64,000 bases of DNA from an uncultured virus (IMG/VR IMGVR_UViG_3300036770_008353). Taxonomy: Duplodnaviria; Heunggongvirae; Uroviricota; Caudoviricetes. Below, one piece after another: positions 44,825-54,481 of the stretch. Made by a program: the position numbers and the translations under genes. A model generated the notes under the pieces. That model saw only the letters and a program-made list of their open reading frames with translations, had not been told where the DNA came from and searched no databases. Positions within the stretch are counted from its first letter, which is position 1, and each line of letters opens with the position of its first letter. The stretch lies in the IMG/VR virus record IMGVR_UViG_3300036770_008353, one strand, 5' to 3'.

Positions 44825-46240
44825 ATGTCTGGCAACGGTTTTGGAAAAGGTTTTTCGTCTGCGGCCAGCACCAGTGGATGGAACATAGGATTTCATGTAC
44901 CGCCTGTTTCCTCTTCTTCCATAGATGAGTCCAAGCTAGTTCTTTATTACAACATCGCAAACGCCGCATCATATCCTGGCAGCGGAAACACCGTGACGGA
45001 CCTAAAGGGAAGCAGCAACGCTTCTTTGGTCAACTCACCCACATATGCAGGCGGGTATCTGACATTCAACGGTACGAACCAGTACCTAATCACGTCTACA
45101 AACCTAGCATCCAAAGTTCCAACTGACGTCACCACTATTTCTATGTGGGCATATCCGATGGACAACGGAGTCCTGCTGTCTGAGAGAGGTAGTAGCAGCC
45201 TCCTGGCTGGATGGCACGATTCGCAGATGGAGATGGTAGGAGGGGTGATGAAGTTCTCCACATGGCCCTATAGTCCTGGTAGCGCCAGGATCACTTCATC
45301 CATCACCACACCGTTGAATAGATGGTATCACTTCACTATAGTGTACGACGGTACCAAGCTAACAGCATACATCAACGGCGTCTCCGCCGGCAGCGCAACT
45401 TACGTCAGAGACAATCCGATCGAGGGCGGTGCGGGAGTGTTCTACACCATCGGAGCCGCCGACTCCACAAACCTAGGTGACGGCACCTATGCCAAGATGA
45501 TGTTGGGTGAATTCAAGGTGTACAACGCAGCGTTGACCCCATCTCAGGTTCTCAGCGACTACAACTCTACCAAGAGCAAGTATGGAGTGGTGACTGACGG
45601 ATTACAGCTGTATCTCAATGCAGGCAACAAGGACTCCTACTCAGGTAGCGGAACTTCTTGGACCGACCTATCATCCAACGCTTATGTCGCCACCTTGACC
45701 AACGGAGTCGGCTACTCAAGCGCGGATGGCGGAGCATTGACGCTGGCCAGCACACAGTACATCGACACCAATCAGAGCCTAGCGTCAGAGACATTCACGA
45801 TCGGGGCATGGTTCAAGTCCTCGGCAGCCGGCATCAAGATGATACTATCGAAGGAGTCTGCTGGTGGCAATCCATGGAACTACAGGGTATGGTTGAACGG
45901 TGGACAGATTGTCGCCGATATGAGTCAAGTCACGACACAGGCGAACCTCAACAGTCCGCTCACCAACTACAACAACGGTGGTTGGTACCAGGTCATGTTC
46001 ACGAGGGACGACAGCAACTGGTATCTGTATGTCAATGGTGCACAGGTCGCCACCCGGGCTGATCCCTACACAGGATCGGTCGTCAACTCTCAGGAGTTAT
46101 GGATCGGTCTCTCCGCCTATCTAGGTGGAAGCTACCAGTTCATCGGAAGCATATCTGAGGTGATGGTGTACAACCGTGTGCTATCATCAACGGAAGTGCT
46201 GAAGAATTACAACGAGACAAAGGCGAGATTTGGATTGTAA
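44825..46240 (+). CDS. Tandem LamG/concanavalin-A-like lectin domain protein
   Basis: Two repeats of L.LY.NA....SY.GSG...TDL...W.H....D...YING...YN..L...V..Y...K..FG. Confidence 0.8.
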   Translation: MSGNGFGKGFSSAASTSGWNIGFHVPPVSSSSIDESKLVLYYNIANAASYPGSGNTVTDLKGSSNASLVNSPTYAGGYLTFNGTNQYLITSTNLASKVPTDVTTISMWAYPMDNGVLLSERGSSSLLAGWHDSQMEMVGGVMKFSTWPYSPGSARITSSITTPLNRWYHFTIVYDGTKLTAYINGVSAGSATYVRDNPIEGGAGVFYTIGAADSTNLGDGTYAKMMLGEFKVYNAALTPSQVLSDYNSTKSKYGVVTDGLQLYLNAGNKDSYSGSGTSWTDLSSNAYVATLTNGVGYSSADGGALTLASTQYIDTNQSLASETFTIGAWFKSSAAGIKMILSKESAGGNPWNYRVWLNGGQIVADMSQVTTQANLNSPLTNYNNGGWYQVMFTRDDSNWYLYVNGAQVATRADPYTGSVVNSQELWIGLSAYLGGSYQFIGSISEVMVYNRVLSSTEVLKNYNETKARFGL

Positions 46241-46287
46241 AATCGACCACGTTGACTATCGGGGATTTTTTGAAAGATATTCTTGGG

Positions 46288-47070
46288 TCAAACGTGGTGG
46301 GCAGTGTCATGGCAACTAACACAAAGCACAATTCCTGAAACGTTGTTCTCGATGTGATAGTTGGTGACCCATTCAGAAATCAACGACTTCTTTTCGAAAG
46401 AATCTTCAGGTTCACCGAGAGATTCGATGGCTTTTCTGAGGATGGTGGCAAATCTTTCCCCGTTATGGTGCACCTCTAGATCAGCGGTTGCCCCGCAAGA
46501 AGAACACTTAAAACCGCTTTCCTTTAATTTAGGAAAAGTCCAGCGGCTGTGCAGGTGAGAACGAACCATGGGTTGCAAGGCTGAAGTACCCCCTCTCCAT
46601 TGAGGATGCGAAGAACCGGTAAGAGATGGTACAACTCCTGAAAGCCTATTTTCTTTCATAAGATTTGCATAACGTAAGCCATGCTTTTCTTGAATTTTTT
46701 TACCAATATTAGCAACTCTTTCATCATCCTCTTTAGTTTTACCTCTATTCCACGGATTCCTTGACCACAGGCCTTCATCCCTTCGTTTCTTTAGGCTTTT
46801 TTCCTGCGCGTCCTTGTTGTGGCCCCAGTTGTTTTTTACTCGAGAAGAGTGACCTAGGATATATTCTGAATACCCTTTCGTCAATGTTAAAAACTTTGTT
46901 GTTTCACCACACCCGCAGGCGCATGTAGGTTGTTTTCCGTCTAATAAAAACAATTTAGAATAAAGGTCTTTTGCGGATAGATTATGCTTTTTTTGGCAAT
47001 GGATTCTAAGAGAATCGAGCTTGTTAATTTCATAATCGCATTTTGGGCATTTAAATGTCGAAAGGTCCAT
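46288..47070 (-). mobile_element. Free-standing HNH homing-endonuclease-like gene
   Basis: N-terminal C2H2 finger (CPKC..H...H), CACGCG, NUMOD-like PWNRGKTKEDDERV, HPQWRGG, C-terminal CSSC..LEVHH...LCVSCH. Confidence 0.75.
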
Positions 47071-47118
47071 GGTAATAAATATACCACAGACCTCTTGACT
47101 TGTAAACTCGGCAATCGC

Positions 47119-47610
47119 TCAAAATTGAAGTACGCAGTTGTCAAATCGGAGTGTCATTGAGATCTCCATCGGACCGCCGTCCTCGTATGTGACCTCGCCG
47201 AAGTTCGCCTCGGTGATGAATGCACCCTTGATGTCCCAGAGCTCAACGACCGTACCGACGGGATCGAGCATCTTGAGCTGTATATCGCGCTTGTAGAAGT
47301 CGGCATAGCCTGCACGGCCGGAGACCGACTCGAAGTGTGTGCGGACCCACTCCATGACCTGTTGGGCACCGGATGGTGCGATGGGGTCGTGAAGGGTGAC
47401 CGCCATCGTTCCGAAGGTGGTCTTACCGGCGAGGTAGCGACGGGAGTTGATGAAGGGAACCTCCACCTCTTCGGTTGTGATTGTTGGGCGTGCCGAGGTC
47501 TTGATGATGTAGGCATCGATGCCTTCGATCATGAGGACCCAGCGGTTCTTGCGCTTCGGCTCGAACTTGTTTGGAATCATCGATGTAACGTCAAGTGTCT
47601 CTGCGGCCAT
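47119..47610 (-). CDS. Tail tube protein (T4 gp19-like)
   Basis: FEPKRKNRW, VTLHDPI, V.EW, GYADFYKRDI.L.MLDPVG.VVELW.IKGAF. Confidence 0.88.
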   Translation of the reverse strand: MAAETLDVTSMIPNKFEPKRKNRWVLMIEGIDAYIIKTSARPTITTEEVEVPFINSRRYLAGKTTFGTMAVTLHDPIAPSGAQQVMEWVRTHFESVSGRAGYADFYKRDIQLKMLDPVGTVVELWDIKGAFITEANFGEVTYEDGGPMEISMTLRFDNCVLQF

Positions 47611-47693
47611 TTTTTATTCTCCTGTTATTCCTTGGAATGTCTTTAAATATCTGCATCGAAAAATTATTTATTGTTGATTGCAAATTGTGGCGA

Positions 47694-48041
47694 TCAATAC
47701 ATCGTGGGATCTGTCACGCTTGGCTCTTGGGCAGGCATATAGTTGCTGATCGCGTCGTCTATCTGTTGGTTCATGCCGCCGAGGGCTGCGTCGATTGCCT
47801 CCAGCTCTTCCTGGGTGACATCGGCTTCTGGGCCGTTGTCCAACAGGTCGTGAAGCTGCATGGTCAGGCCTGCATCGGCCAGCCCGGCATATGCCTTTGC
47901 AAAAGCTAACAGACTCTCGGCATCGACAGAGAGCAAACCTTCATGTGCTTCCTTCACCAGCCTACGACGATGAGACGCCGATCGTGATTCGGTGATCGCT
48001 TCTCGTATCATCTTCCGCAAGTGCGTCCTTGTCAGCTTCAT
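47694..48041 (-). CDS. Hypothetical protein with N-terminal MKLTRTHLRKMIRE motif
   Basis: 115-aa ORF between sheath and tube genes. Confidence 0.65.
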   Translation of the reverse strand: MKLTRTHLRKMIREAITESRSASHRRRLVKEAHEGLLSVDAESLLAFAKAYAGLADAGLTMQLHDLLDNGPEADVTQEELEAIDAALGGMNQQIDDAISNYMPAQEPSVTDPTMY

Positions 48042-48077
48042 TGTCTGTTCCTTTATCTCTTGCTTGACGTCAGAATA

Positions 48078-48123
48078 TTCCTCGTAAATCCGATCTGTAA
48101 AACCATCATTGATTTACGAGGAA
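48078..48123. repeat. 13-bp perfect inverted repeat with 20-nt spacer
   Basis: TTCCTCGTAAATC (48078-48090) / GATTTACGAGGAA (48111-48123). Confidence 0.85.
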
Positions 48124-48139
48124 CTTTCCTGCATCAACC

Positions 48140-51100
48140 TCACTGTACCTGCTGCAGGTTGTTGGCCACGACGAAGTCGAGTGAGACGAACTCGATGCTC
48201 TTCGTCGGCTGGACGAAGATCTTGCCGCGGACGGTGTTGTTCTCCACGTCGACCTGGGTCGTCGTCGAGGAGTCGATGATGACCCTGAACCTCTCGAGGC
48301 CGGCGAGTGCCTGGATCCTCTGGAGGCGTGGTGTGACAGCCGCAGAGAACCGGGCGAGCGTTGCCTCACGGTTCGGCTCGAAGATGATCGTCTGGGCGAT
48401 CTCACGTACCTGGCGCCTGATCTCGATGAGGAGGCGGCGGACGTTGACGCGGTCGAGGGCCGAGGCTGCGATCTGAAGCGTCTTCTGACCCCAGACGACC
48501 AGCGTTGAAACGTTGGTGTTGTTGCTGGGGATCTGGAAGGCAACGAGCGGGTTGATCCTGTCGTTATACAGGGCGTCTAGGTCCTCTTCCTTCAGCTGCG
48601 TCCTTGCCTCGATGGCAACGTCACGTGGCACCGCACCGCGTGTGAAGCCTGCGGGGGCAAACCAAGGATGACCAACGGCGTCGTTAAGTGCCATGGCTCC
48701 AAGGACAAGAACCGAAGGCGGAACGAAGACGTTGTTACCGTCAGGTGCCTTGTACAGGATGTCAGGGAAGTATGCCGCTGCGAATGATGAATCGACGTTC
48801 CTATCGCGGAAGCTTGAAAGCGTGTTGTAGACCGATGTGATGTCTGTCTGCTTTCTGACCTCGTTGATGGACTCTGTTCCATCTTGTGTAAACTGCTCGA
48901 TGTCCATGACATACAGGGCATCGAAACGATCCTCTGTGGCCACGGTGGCGTAGTCTGTCACGATGGGATGCCTAATTCCAGGTATCGCCAACAGTTGAAT
49001 GTCCATGTTGACGGTGTTCTTCATGATGTCGACGGCCTTGACGTATGTTTTGACGTTAGGACCGTCATTCAAGAAGCGACCATTGCCGAACACCATGTCG
49101 TCCGAGACGGCGCTGTTGCTTAGCGTGGCCTCGTCTTCATTGAAGATATTGACGCCATTGAATCCGCCTTGAAGCAAGAACGTGAACTTTGCATATGTCT
49201 TGTTGGCTGTCTCGGCCAAGTCCTTGATCTGGAATGGTCTTGTCTTGGCTGCAGAATCGACGCCTATGTTTCCGTTTCTTATGTACGTTGCGTCGACCCA
49301 TTTCAGCACGTCGGCCAATCCTGATGATCCTGTTACGACCTTGACGTTCTCAAGGCTGAAGACGTTCCTGTTGAATCTGTCGGAGTCGAGGATTCCGTTG
49401 GCAGCCGTGTCAGCAGCGCCGGCGTTGTCACCAACGATGAACGGCATGTCGACGGTTGCAAAATCAGGGAAGTACTTCGCGAAGCTCTTGATCGACGTGT
49501 TCTTGAGAATTGAAGCGTTCGGTTTTGTAACGTTTTCAACGTGCTCAAACTGAACACCCCAGTAATACTTGTTGTTTTGGGTCTCTTGAGGGTCACCAAC
49601 AACGCCGTCCGACACCTTCGCACGCATGGGAACTGGTGGTGTCACGGCTCGTCGGAAGGCATTAAGGCCGGCTGTGTCAACGCCACCCGCCGATGGTCCT
49701 GTCGTGTTGGGCAACGATGGAAAGATCGTCGATCCTGACGTGACGAGGTGTGCAATTCCACGGAAGCCCATTGGAAGAGCCGATGGATCGACGAATCCAT
49801 TCTCAACGTCGGGATGAACCTCAACGCGAACGTAATTCGACTTGTTGGGATAGTTTCCTTCAACGACGAGCTTTTGCTCTTCGTCGTCTCTGTCGAAGTC
49901 GTAGTAAGCGTGAACGTCTCCGATGACCTTTCCAATGTACCTGTTGGATACAGGGTTTAGGTCTACTGTGAAAGTTTCGTTTGAAGCGATGAGCTGTTGC
50001 TGCTGGTCTCTGTCTTCCCAGTTCCTGATCTTGATAGTAAAAGAACCATACTTGCTGTTTAGATCAGCAGAAGGCGTAATGTTTTCTATCGATATCTTGT
50101 AGAGAGATGAAATGTCTTGTCCTGCATCAAGAGCGTGCAATCTAAACAGGTTCTGAGGTTTACCACCAAATTTCTGTGATATTACCCACGGAGATTTAGC
50201 GTACGAGAACCTATCCTCAAAGTTTTCAAAGTTAGGAACTGTGCTAGTTCCAACATTTCTTGCCTGTGAGGATGTCAACAAGAAAGCTGAGTTTTCAACG
50301 CCTGTCTTGTCCAAGTAGAATGTTCCACCCGCGTCGGCTCCGTGTGAAGCCGACAAGATGCCAACACCAGTTATCGTCGCAAGGCTGGGATGGATATCCC
50401 AGTGTGCATACAGCAGGTGACCCTTTTCCTGAAGCTTGTATGGGTCAGTGTTCAAAACGTTGCCAAAGTAATTGTTGGAGATAGGATCAAAAGAAGCAGT
50501 GACGACGTTCGGACTGTTTGCATCGAGACCCTTATGGCCGTTCAGCAGAAGAACGAACTCTTGCTTCATGGCGGTACCGTCAGTCAGCGTCACTGTTCCA
50601 ATCGTTGAACCACGAAGGGGCTGGCTGATCGATCCTATCTGACCCGTAGTTGGCTTTGAAGAATCCGATGAGCCTGTGAGTGATGATGAAAGCCTCAGAA
50701 CGACGCCTGAAGCTGCCATTATAACACCTCTAACTATTGGAGCAGCGATGTTGTCGCCTACAGTCTGAAGACCTGCTTCGCTAAAAAACTTAGAGCCAGC
50801 GGACTCTGACATGAATCCGCCCAGGAAGTATGTCCTTCCAGAGTCGCCAAAAAGATTTGCGTAAGGATTGCTGTCCAGTTTGCCAGAAGATCCACTAGGC
50901 TGATTTTCACCTACAACGAAGCCTGCTGTGGTGACGGAACCAGGAACAAGACCACTGGCGTCTTGTCTTTCTTTTCCGTCGCCGACACCAAGAACTCGAA
51001 GAAAGACCACAGACTTTGCATTTCTTAGCCACTCAAGAACGGCCATCGGACCAAAATGCTTGCTGTCGACTGTGCCAAACTTGGCTTCGAAGTCCTGCCT

Positions 51101-51250
51101 TGTTCCTACGTTGATAGGAACGAATGCCGGACCTTTCTTTGCGGTTCCGACAACACCGGCAGGAATACCTGTCGGCGGTGTGGCTACCGGTCCTGAGATG
51201 TCAATCTCGTTAGCTGTTACTCCTGCTGCTCCTAATTTTAGCTGTGCCAT
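48140..51250 (-). CDS. Tail sheath protein (copy 2)
   Basis: KGPAFVP, WFAPAGFTRG, INPL, WGQKTLQ..SALDRVNVRRLL, IFEPN, IEFVSLDF. Confidence 0.92.
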   Translation of the reverse strand: MAQLKLGAAGVTANEIDISGPVATPPTGIPAGVVGTAKKGPAFVPINVGTRQDFEAKFGTVDSKHFGPMAVLEWLRNAKSVVFLRVLGVGDGKERQDASGLVPGSVTTAGFVVGENQPSGSSGKLDSNPYANLFGDSGRTYFLGGFMSESAGSKFFSEAGLQTVGDNIAAPIVRGVIMAASGVVLRLSSSLTGSSDSSKPTTGQIGSISQPLRGSTIGTVTLTDGTAMKQEFVLLLNGHKGLDANSPNVVTASFDPISNNYFGNVLNTDPYKLQEKGHLLYAHWDIHPSLATITGVGILSASHGADAGGTFYLDKTGVENSAFLLTSSQARNVGTSTVPNFENFEDRFSYAKSPWVISQKFGGKPQNLFRLHALDAGQDISSLYKISIENITPSADLNSKYGSFTIKIRNWEDRDQQQQLIASNETFTVDLNPVSNRYIGKVIGDVHAYYDFDRDDEEQKLVVEGNYPNKSNYVRVEVHPDVENGFVDPSALPMGFRGIAHLVTSGSTIFPSLPNTTGPSAGGVDTAGLNAFRRAVTPPVPMRAKVSDGVVGDPQETQNNKYYWGVQFEHVENVTKPNASILKNTSIKSFAKYFPDFATVDMPFIVGDNAGAADTAANGILDSDRFNRNVFSLENVKVVTGSSGLADVLKWVDATYIRNGNIGVDSAAKTRPFQIKDLAETANKTYAKFTFLLQGGFNGVNIFNEDEATLSNSAVSDDMVFGNGRFLNDGPNVKTYVKAVDIMKNTVNMDIQLLAIPGIRHPIVTDYATVATEDRFDALYVMDIEQFTQDGTESINEVRKQTDITSVYNTLSSFRDRNVDSSFAAAYFPDILYKAPDGNNVFVPPSVLVLGAMALNDAVGHPWFAPAGFTRGAVPRDVAIEARTQLKEEDLDALYNDRINPLVAFQIPSNNTNVSTLVVWGQKTLQIAASALDRVNVRRLLIEIRRQVREIAQTIIFEPNREATLARFSAAVTPRLQRIQALAGLERFRVIIDSSTTTQVDVENNTVRGKIFVQPTKSIEFVSLDFVVANNLQQVQ

Positions 51251-51298
51251 CTATGACTCCCGATCTACATGCTAACTATTCTGTTAGATTCAAATTTC

Positions 51299-54200
51299 TC
51301 AAACGAACTGCACGCCGGCATTTGTAACAATGAAGTCGATCGCTATGAACTCGATCGCCCTCGTGGGTACCACGACAATTCGACCATTGAGCTTGTTGAG
51401 GTCAACATCGTCCTGCGTGTTATTAGTCTCATTCATAACGACCTGGAATGCTTCAACTCCTGCTTGTGTTTGGATAAGCGAAAGCTGGAACACCGCCTGT
51501 GAAACGAACTGATTTCTAACCGCTGGTGTATTTTGCTCAAACACAATTCTCTGTGCTATTCCAATGATAATTCGCTTGACCTCGAGCAAAAGACGTCTAA
51601 CGTTGACCCTGTCAAGAGCAGACTTGTTTATTTGCAGCGTCTTTTGTCCGTAAATCACATATCCCAGACGTGGGAACGTTGCGATTGGATTGATCCTTGA
51701 ATCGTACAATCGATCTCTGTCACCCACATTCAGTCTAACACCGACGTTTGTGACGAAATCAAGGGCCGCCCTGTTGAAACCAGCAGGAGCAAACCAAGGA
51801 TAAGCAACCTTGTCATTGAAGCTCAAGGCACCGAGAGCGGCGACTGAGGCAGGAACCTTGATACGACGAACATTCGTAGCGTCATCTATGAAGACGTCTG
51901 GGAAGTATGTCGCAGCGTAATTGTTGTCTATCGCTCGGGCGTCGAATGCCGCCGCCGTGGTGCGAATATTCGGCTTGGTCGTCGAATCATCGTAAAGCCT
52001 GTTGCCTGAATCATCATACGATGGAATATCCATCAGATGAAGCGCCAAACCATAATCACGAACCTTCTTGGCGGTTTGATCCATGATGTATTCCTCGCGT
52101 ACGCCAGGCAACGTTAGGATGTTGATTCCTACCTTGAAAGGATCTGTCATCATGTCGACTGCTGACATAAACGATGCGACGCCATTGTTGTCTTTTCCTG
52201 TTCCTGAAACTACGCTTGGGAATCCTACAGGAACATAAGACGCTGCGGCGCCGCCGCCTGTCGCAGAATCGAAAGATAGCGATTTGTCATTAATTCTTCT
52301 TGCGTTTCTGTCGAGCATGTTGACGCCATCAAAACCGCCATACATCATGTTCGTGAACTTCAAGAAGGGTGAGAATCTATTGAAAGCAGCTGGGTTCAAT
52401 CCTGACTCTTTTGCGTTCGACTTCGCAAGAAGCGTAGCAAAAGTCACCCTGTTGATTCCATTATCTTCGACCGTGTAAGTTGTTGTATCTGGTCGTGCAT
52501 TTCTAATGTATGCCGTCTCCTTCATGTGGGCTGCGGCTGAACCCGTCACATCTGTCACGGTCTCATTTCTAAATGCAACTTTTGCCAATGTGAACTTATT
52601 GTTATTGAACATGTCAGCGCCACTGCCTGTGTGCAGCACGTCAAGTTTCATGATTCCCATAAAGTTTGTCAAAGAATCAAGCAACTTGTTCTTTTCGTTC
52701 AAGACGTTTGCATTAAGAACATCGTCTTCGGAACTAATGCCGTTTCTTTCAAACTTAATACCCCAGTACAAAGAAGGCAAAGTGACCTCTTTCGGACCAG
52801 CCTCACCGGCATAGTTTACACCCGATGATTTAACTTCTCCACGTGTGACCTTGTACCTAAACGGAAGAGGAGGAAGAACAGATCCTGAGAGCAGGTGCGT
52901 TCCTGCGTTTGGAAGAACTCCTGCCAAGCGGCCGCTGCCTGTAGGCATCATGTCAAGCGCAGACAAGTTGTTGTTCGTTTTTAGGAATGATGGTCCTCTA
53001 AAACCGAACGGCAGACATGTTGGAGGAACAAGCTTTTTACTGACAATGTCGGACATCACGACTCTGACATACTTTGACTTATTGTCGTAAGTTCCATTCG
53101 TGATAAGTCGACGCTCTCTAGGGTCGAACGCGTCGAAGTGGAAGAACAAATCCTTGTCACCAACCAGCTTCGCAATATAGTTTGGTGAATCTGGGTCAAG
53201 CGTGCAATTTGTGAACTGCTCGATGATGACAGGAGTAATGTCTGAGTCGCTCCAATCACGTATCTGAAGATTAAACGTTCCATATTTGTTCGAATCGTCA
53301 GGCGATGACTTGATGTTAGTGATAGAAATCTTGTAAAGCTTGTTGGCGTACTCTCCGTCGTCAAGTGACTCTACCCTGAAAAGATCGTACTCAGTGGCAC
53401 CATAAGGTTGTGATATAAACCATGAAGTAGATGGCGTTGTGTAACGAGTGTTATATGAACCGAATGCTTCACGGAACTCAAGCGAAGGGTCACCTGACAC
53501 AGCGCTAACTGCTGATGAACCGGAAAGCACAGCGACATAGTTTCCATCCTCGACTGTGGCAACCTGGTCGTCGACAGCAAAGTCTGCCGCGAGGTAATGC
53601 TGCGCTTCAAAGAATTTGTCGGGATCGGTATTCAAAACCTTTGCAAAATAATCATCAGCTGAAGGATCAAAAGAAGCAGTGAAGATTCTAATACCAGGTA
53701 TTCCTTCGTCATTGGCGAAAGTCGATCCCAAAGAAGAAGAGATGTAGATCTTGATCTTAGGCTTTCCATCAACGTCCGCTGCAGTCGCTTCATCTGTGAC
53801 AGCTGAAAAGACTGAAGGTGAACCCGTGACAGGAGTCGCATGGCTTCCTGTCAGGATCATCATTCTCGACGTATTGGTGGTCATCACCAAGCCTCTGACA
53901 AGATTGACAACATCCGTTCCAGGAGTTATTCCAGGAAATGTGTTGTTGTCACTGAACATCGGCATGCCAAAGTTTTCTTTGGTTCTCACGGTGTGTTCAG
54001 CCGCCAAGAACTGCACGGCACCAACATGTCGGCCCGGGTCGTCGTCACCAGCTACGCCTAACAGCTTGAATCCCGCGTTCTTGACGGTTCCTTTTGAAAC
54101 TGTGTCTGAAACGTCATTGATCGTTGAGTTAGCGCCTGCACCCAAAACCCTCATGTAAGTGAGAGCCGTCCTGTTCTTCAGGAACTCATTGACAGCGTAA

Positions 54201-54403
54201 GGACCAAAATACTTCGTGTCCAGACCGCCGAATGTCGTGGTAAACTCACCAAAATTTGCAACCGTGACCGGAACGAAGGCGGGACCCTTCTTTGAAAGAC
54301 CAATCACGCCCGCAGGCGTTCCAACGGGTCCTCCCGTGGTAGGTGCGGACAGATCGATTTCTCTTTCGTAAAAATTTGGAGATCTAAAAACTTGCTCGGC
54401 CAT
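51299..54403 (-). CDS. Tail sheath protein (copy 1)
   Basis: SPNFYEREIDLS, KGPAFVP, WFAPAGFNRA, INPIATF, GQKTLQ..SALDRVNVRRLL, IEFIAIDF. Confidence 0.92.
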   Translation of the reverse strand: MAEQVFRSPNFYEREIDLSAPTTGGPVGTPAGVIGLSKKGPAFVPVTVANFGEFTTTFGGLDTKYFGPYAVNEFLKNRTALTYMRVLGAGANSTINDVSDTVSKGTVKNAGFKLLGVAGDDDPGRHVGAVQFLAAEHTVRTKENFGMPMFSDNNTFPGITPGTDVVNLVRGLVMTTNTSRMMILTGSHATPVTGSPSVFSAVTDEATAADVDGKPKIKIYISSSLGSTFANDEGIPGIRIFTASFDPSADDYFAKVLNTDPDKFFEAQHYLAADFAVDDQVATVEDGNYVAVLSGSSAVSAVSGDPSLEFREAFGSYNTRYTTPSTSWFISQPYGATEYDLFRVESLDDGEYANKLYKISITNIKSSPDDSNKYGTFNLQIRDWSDSDITPVIIEQFTNCTLDPDSPNYIAKLVGDKDLFFHFDAFDPRERRLITNGTYDNKSKYVRVVMSDIVSKKLVPPTCLPFGFRGPSFLKTNNNLSALDMMPTGSGRLAGVLPNAGTHLLSGSVLPPLPFRYKVTRGEVKSSGVNYAGEAGPKEVTLPSLYWGIKFERNGISSEDDVLNANVLNEKNKLLDSLTNFMGIMKLDVLHTGSGADMFNNNKFTLAKVAFRNETVTDVTGSAAAHMKETAYIRNARPDTTTYTVEDNGINRVTFATLLAKSNAKESGLNPAAFNRFSPFLKFTNMMYGGFDGVNMLDRNARRINDKSLSFDSATGGGAAASYVPVGFPSVVSGTGKDNNGVASFMSAVDMMTDPFKVGINILTLPGVREEYIMDQTAKKVRDYGLALHLMDIPSYDDSGNRLYDDSTTKPNIRTTAAAFDARAIDNNYAATYFPDVFIDDATNVRRIKVPASVAALGALSFNDKVAYPWFAPAGFNRAALDFVTNVGVRLNVGDRDRLYDSRINPIATFPRLGYVIYGQKTLQINKSALDRVNVRRLLLEVKRIIIGIAQRIVFEQNTPAVRNQFVSQAVFQLSLIQTQAGVEAFQVVMNETNNTQDDVDLNKLNGRIVVVPTRAIEFIAIDFIVTNAGVQFV

Positions 54404-54481
54404 TACTGTTCTCCTTCGGAATCAGAACCTTTGCTGATTAATAAGTATCCTTGTAAAATTCAAAATTCAATCTTACGTCGA

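Noticed and set aside
46288..47070. HNH gene as part of a group I intron
   Set aside because: Flanking genes appear complete and the non-coding flanks are under 50 nt, too short for a ribozyme core
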